DNA of 44,045 nucleotides from Candidatus Omnitrophota bacterium (GTDB lineage Bacteria; Omnitrophota; Omnitrophia; Omnitrophales; Aquincolibacteriaceae): NCBI GenBank assembly GCA_041585205.1, contig JBFHCO010000001.1, positions 1 to 44,045 of the forward strand, read 5' to 3'. Shown piece by piece: positions 40,589 to 44,045 of this stretch (position 1 is its first letter; each line of letters starts with the position of its first letter). The notes under the pieces were generated by a model. It saw only the letters and a program-made list of their open reading frames with translations, ran no database searches and was not told where the DNA came from. The position numbers and the translations under genes were made by a program.

Positions 40589-40708
40589 ACCCGCACCAAT
40601 GTGTGGGTACGACTTCGTACCTAATCATGATGATTAGGTACGTCATCGTGACAGCCCTTGACGGCTGCCTACGGTGGCGGCGAGAGCCTGACGCTCTCGT
40701 CCGAGTCG
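40589..40708 (+). repeat. Multi-hairpin intergenic element, copy 2
   Basis: Same hairpin order as copy 1 but with changed stem sequences: acccgcac/gtgtgggt (40589-40608), ggtacg/cgtacc (40606-40621), cctaatc/gattagg, cgtcatcgt/acggtggcg enclosing gacagcc/ggctgcc, ggcgagagc/gctctcgtc. It lies between the stop of the 1,065-aa gene and the AT-rich 5' region of the giant gene. Confidence 0.8.
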
Positions 40709-40734
40709 AATTTTTCGGCGCCGAAAAACTTCGA
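40706..40734. other. Palindromic hairpin (tcgaa-tttttcggcgccgaaaaa-c-ttcga) immediately after element copy 2
   Basis: An 18-nt perfect palindrome at 40711-40728, extended by 5 bp with one bulge. It holds the same position relative to the element as the terminator hairpin next to copy 1. No clean U-tail on either strand. Confidence 0.35.
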
Positions 40735-40759
40735 GGGGTTCAGCGATGAGCAACGCGTT

Positions 40760-40812
40760 ATGAGCAATGAGTGTTCTGAGCCAAAGGTTTTTACCCAGTG
40801 CTCATTGCTCAT
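40760..40812. other. 12-bp perfect inverted repeat (atgagcaatgag / ctcattgctcat) with a 29-nt loop
   Basis: Arms at 40760-40771 and 40801-40812, 16 nt downstream (minus sense) of the 1,065-aa ORF stop. The half-site atgagcaa is also repeated directly at 40746-40753. No U-tract, so this is not a canonical terminator. Confidence 0.4.
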
Positions 40813-40827
40813 AATTCAATGCTTTCT

Positions 40828-43800
40828 TTATGCGGCTACCAGCATCATGCGCATGCCGACCATTTCATTGAGCAGACCGAGAATACGGTCATTGAGGTAG
40901 CGGGACATTTCAAAAACACCGGCGGCTTTGGGGACTTGGAATTCGCGCCACATCAATTCATTGAATTCCGTGACGCCAAGGAAGGCGGCGATCCAGGAGA
41001 ATTCGACAAGGAAGTCATTGTAATCGGAGCCGTCCCAGCCCCGCGTGCGGATAAAATCAGGCATGATTTCATCAAAGGCCATGACGCCCACTTTCATATC
41101 CTGTCTCAGCCAGTCCCCAAGTGATTTGCCGGTTTGATCCAGCATGGTTTGATTCACGGATTCATCCCGTAAGAAATCCTTGGAAATCAGGACCACCGTG
41201 TGTTCGGCGTTCGGGGCCTTGCGTACTTCACGCAGCATGCCGTCCAGGGTCGACACATAAATGACGCCCGGGCTGCCCTGAAAATTGACGTCATTGGTAA
41301 TGACGCGCGCCTGCATTCGGGCAAGCATATTTTCAGCCACAACGGGGTCGGCTGAACCGATAAGGATTTGAATCGCAAGCTGCTGGATATCCGGCGGAAT
41401 TCGTTCAATCGGTTTAGCCTGCGCCAGGGCCAGCATGGCGGATATCATGGAGATTTGATTTTGATACGGGGTGATTTCACCCGCAAACGTCACCTCCTGC
41501 AGTATCTTCCAGAGTTCGATATTCTTTTGATAGGCGCTTTGCTCAAGCTCAAGACGTGATAATAGAATATTCACTTGACGCTTATGATCCATTTCATGGA
41601 CCAGGACGCTTAAAAGGTCGCGCAGGACGCTTAAGACTTCCTCGGCATCCCCGCGGCGGAACGGCCGGGGCTCGAGCATGCCATTCAGCTGCTTTTGAAT
41701 CATTTTTTGATGAAAGACAATGCGCGGCGTCGTGCGCGTATCCAGCAGCGCCGTATGATGTTCCTTTAAGATGCCGAAATAAGGTGATTCGGTATCGGCC
41801 GGATCAACCCCCATGATTTCCATGGCGCGTATTTCTTCAGGCAGTGCCAGCAGCGCTTCTTTTAGTTGCGGCGTCATCTGCTTGGACCCGGCCAGCAAGG
41901 CGCCGAGCTCGGCCGCCTCTTCAAACAGCACCCGGGCCGGACTCACTTCATTGCGCTTCAGGCGCGCAATCACCTGCGCCAACCAGTCGAGGTATTCATC
42001 GGGAAGCTGCATATCGGCTAATTCCTCACGAATCGCCACCGAGTCTTGACGCATTTCAGCGCGGGATTGAACTTTGCGGTCATATTGGGCGCGCTCGGCG
42101 GCATTCATGGGCCGGATCACGGACTGACCATCGCCGCCCACGATAAAGGCGGCCATCTCCTCCGGATTGGCCAGCGAGTTCCACGTTTTAAACTCCGCTT
42201 TCATCAAGAACCCTTCTTCCACGATATCCATATCAAAATTCATGCCTTTCACAGCCAGACCCAAAGCAATTTGATCCAGCATACCGCCCTTCGCCGCATT
42301 ATGTTGATCGAGCCATGGCTGTTGTATCTTCAGAGAACTTCCGTCCGCCATACGAAGTTGCGACTCGCTAAACGTGCGGTCGCCTTGCTGCTCATCCACG
42401 ACATAGAATTTGACGATGCCGAATTTCGTTACGATATAGGAATAACCCAGGCGCTCCATACTGCCGTCCGCGCGGAGGCGGCCGGTTTGCATCAGGCTGT
42501 CATAATTCGCATATTGGCCCGACCATAAGATCTGAGCGCCTCCGTCATCACGCGTCGGGTGATTATGCAACATGAAGTTTTGATAATATCCGACGGATTC
42601 TGAAGCATACTTTTGACGCCGCGCTCCTGCAGCCATATAAATCGGTGCACCTTCTATAAGCGAGGGCGTATCCGCATGCGGCTGACTGACCGCCTGTTCA
42701 AAAGCGCGTTCCGTATGATGCAGCATATCCAAGGCCGTCGGCCCCTGCGTAAGCGCCCAAATGCGCTCCACGTTGCCCACATCCGTCGTCACCAGCTCCA
42801 GATAAGATTTTCCCGTAACCGTATAGAGCGTTGCGAGGAATTCCCTCACCGCGGGATTCGTAAGATTCCAGTTCAAGGCTTCCCATGCCTTGGCAGCCGC
42901 ATTGCGAACGAGCCCTCCGGCATCCTGCGACTGATCTTCCTTGAGAATACGTTCAAAAACCGTTTTCAGCTGCTCGAGAGTTGCCGTCTTGGCCATCTGA
43001 CCCAACACAGCCTGCATCAACGGATCTCTGACGGACCCATTCTCATCTCCCGGATAAACTTGATTGATATTCAGGAGCAGTTTCATCACGGCATCATAGG
43101 CTTGAGCGCCCGTCTGATAAGTTTGCAAAATCTGATTTTGAACCTCGGTGTTTCCGAAGTAATCCCTGAATAGATAGTACGCCGTCCAGGCGCCGTCGAT
43201 TCCGCCCGCCTCGATCGTACCGCGCAGCGCATCCCATTGCCTTTGATCGACCTGCCTTTGAACCTGTTTCTTGGTTTCTTCGCGGTCCACGTTTTGAAGT
43301 CCGGAAGGATGCCGCGAAAACGTAATGCCCTTCAGGCGTTTTTCTTCCGCCAGATACCGGCCCGTATCACGGACCATGAGCGCCAGGATTTCACGCATGC
43401 AGCCGGCATGACCGCATTCCATGAGTTCTTCGATTTCACTCAAATCGCGGCCTTGTAGCGTTAGCTGATTGATCAGATTATTGATAAACTCTTCTCCGGC
43501 CATTTCACGCAGAGACTCTAATTTTATTAAAAGCGCCCGGACGCGTCTTGACAGGTCAATCTCTCTGTCGATACGCTCCTGAATGGTCTGATTCACTTTA
43601 TCAGGATATTTCTCATCCGTTTTTTCGTAGGGCGCGATGCGAAGAAGATCCTGAATATCATGCTGGCGATTCATCCAATCGGTTTGAATGATACCCAGCG
43701 CTTCCTCCGCATTGCCCTCGTGAATCGCTTTCTCGACGCGCTCAAGCAGCTTTTCCTGCGCCAAGCCGCGGCTCACAGCGCCGGATTGCAGCGCGATTTT

Positions 43801-44025
43801 GACCGTTTCAATCAAATCGGATTCCGTCTGCAATTGATGAAACGCAATCAAGTCATCCAAATCGCGCGCATTGCGGCGGATGCGGTTGACAAGCCCGGTG
43901 GCTGTCAGGTTGTTCTCGACCAGCATTCTTTGCAGTCCGGTATCCGTCTTGGCGGCTTGAACCAATATATCCTCCAGGCGGAAAACCGAATGCAGCGCCT
44001 GTGTCACGCGCTCGCGCATTTTCAT
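40828..44025 (-). CDS. 1,065-aa protein with an HExxH motif (possible zinc metallopeptidase) and the shared C-terminal tail; the N-terminus may lie outside the window
   Basis: Long uninterrupted frame ending in TAA at 40828-40830. The first ATG is at 44023-44025, but the frame stays open to the window end (44045) and has no obvious RBS. LLSVLVHEMDHKRQ carries HEMDH at 41584-41598. An RAEMR pentapeptide sits at 42049-42063. The protein ends ...RYLNDRILGLLNEMVGMRMMLVAA. Confidence 0.8.
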   Translation of the reverse strand: MKMRERVTQALHSVFRLEDILVQAAKTDTGLQRMLVENNLTATGLVNRIRRNARDLDDLIAFHQLQTESDLIETVKIALQSGAVSRGLAQEKLLERVEKAIHEGNAEEALGIIQTDWMNRQHDIQDLLRIAPYEKTDEKYPDKVNQTIQERIDREIDLSRRVRALLIKLESLREMAGEEFINNLINQLTLQGRDLSEIEELMECGHAGCMREILALMVRDTGRYLAEEKRLKGITFSRHPSGLQNVDREETKKQVQRQVDQRQWDALRGTIEAGGIDGAWTAYYLFRDYFGNTEVQNQILQTYQTGAQAYDAVMKLLLNINQVYPGDENGSVRDPLMQAVLGQMAKTATLEQLKTVFERILKEDQSQDAGGLVRNAAAKAWEALNWNLTNPAVREFLATLYTVTGKSYLELVTTDVGNVERIWALTQGPTALDMLHHTERAFEQAVSQPHADTPSLIEGAPIYMAAGARRQKYASESVGYYQNFMLHNHPTRDDGGAQILWSGQYANYDSLMQTGRLRADGSMERLGYSYIVTKFGIVKFYVVDEQQGDRTFSESQLRMADGSSLKIQQPWLDQHNAAKGGMLDQIALGLAVKGMNFDMDIVEEGFLMKAEFKTWNSLANPEEMAAFIVGGDGQSVIRPMNAAERAQYDRKVQSRAEMRQDSVAIREELADMQLPDEYLDWLAQVIARLKRNEVSPARVLFEEAAELGALLAGSKQMTPQLKEALLALPEEIRAMEIMGVDPADTESPYFGILKEHHTALLDTRTTPRIVFHQKMIQKQLNGMLEPRPFRRGDAEEVLSVLRDLLSVLVHEMDHKRQVNILLSRLELEQSAYQKNIELWKILQEVTFAGEITPYQNQISMISAMLALAQAKPIERIPPDIQQLAIQILIGSADPVVAENMLARMQARVITNDVNFQGSPGVIYVSTLDGMLREVRKAPNAEHTVVLISKDFLRDESVNQTMLDQTGKSLGDWLRQDMKVGVMAFDEIMPDFIRTRGWDGSDYNDFLVEFSWIAAFLGVTEFNELMWREFQVPKAAGVFEMSRYLNDRILGLLNEMVGMRMMLVAA

Positions 44026-44045
44026 GGCTTCGGCACGCGGCCAGC

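Noticed and set aside
13200-40708. Reading the two flanking repeats next to tRNA-Asp as attL/attR of an integrated island carrying the giant gene
   Set aside because: No integrase or excision machinery is nearby, and the HTH gene lies outside the bracketed segment. The repeats do not include the tRNA 3' end. They are about 15 percent diverged, with structure-preserving changes, which points to selection on a fold rather than a recent duplication. Not fully excluded without comparative genomes.
42520-42600. LHNHPTRDDGG in the 1,065-aa protein as a JAMM/RadC-type (HxHP...S..D) metalloprotease motif
   Set aside because: The spacing to a downstream Ser-x-x-Asp does not fit the JAMM consensus, and no upstream Glu motif was evident. 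This is likely coincidental.

Overview
Almost all coding capacity in this 44-kb window lies on the minus strand, as one co-directional cluster with no integrase, transposase, CRISPR array or rRNA. In transcription order (high to low coordinates) it holds: (1) a 1,065-aa HExxH protein (40828-44025, possibly extending past the window edge); (2) one uninterrupted 8,957-aa ORF (13390-40263, 26.9 kb) followed by a canonical intrinsic terminator; (3) tRNA-Asp(GTC) with its own sigma70-like promoter; (4) a 523-aa exported protein; (5) an excisionase-type HTH gene whose stop overlaps (ATGA) the start of a 3,178-aa exported ORF (1183-10719); and (6) a partial exported protein running off the window start. 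The plus-strand ORFs in the supplied track are antisense shadows. Several features tie the large proteins together. Three of them share a Sec signal peptide plus a ~450-aa N-terminal module with TraB/GumN/TIKI-like motifs (IQxAH, EG, ERD, GGFH). Three end in a similar tail with -AA-COOH. Five carry a recurrent pentapeptide R-[AS]-E-[LIMT]-R (11 strict hits), placed mostly at apparent domain borders. The giant proteins look like mosaics. The 3,178-aa ORF has a protein-kinase-like domain and a permuted phosphohistidine swivel plus ATP-grasp dikinase pair. The 8,957-aa ORF has a polytopic membrane region around an FKS/callose-synthase-like glycosyltransferase core, a TolC-like segment, a long HEAT-repeat array, coiled coils and P/A/E-rich linkers. 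The 26.9-kb gene is bracketed by two diverged copies of a ~120-nt multi-hairpin element showing compensatory base changes. All domain calls rest on motif recognition by eye, not on HMM searches, and need confirmation.
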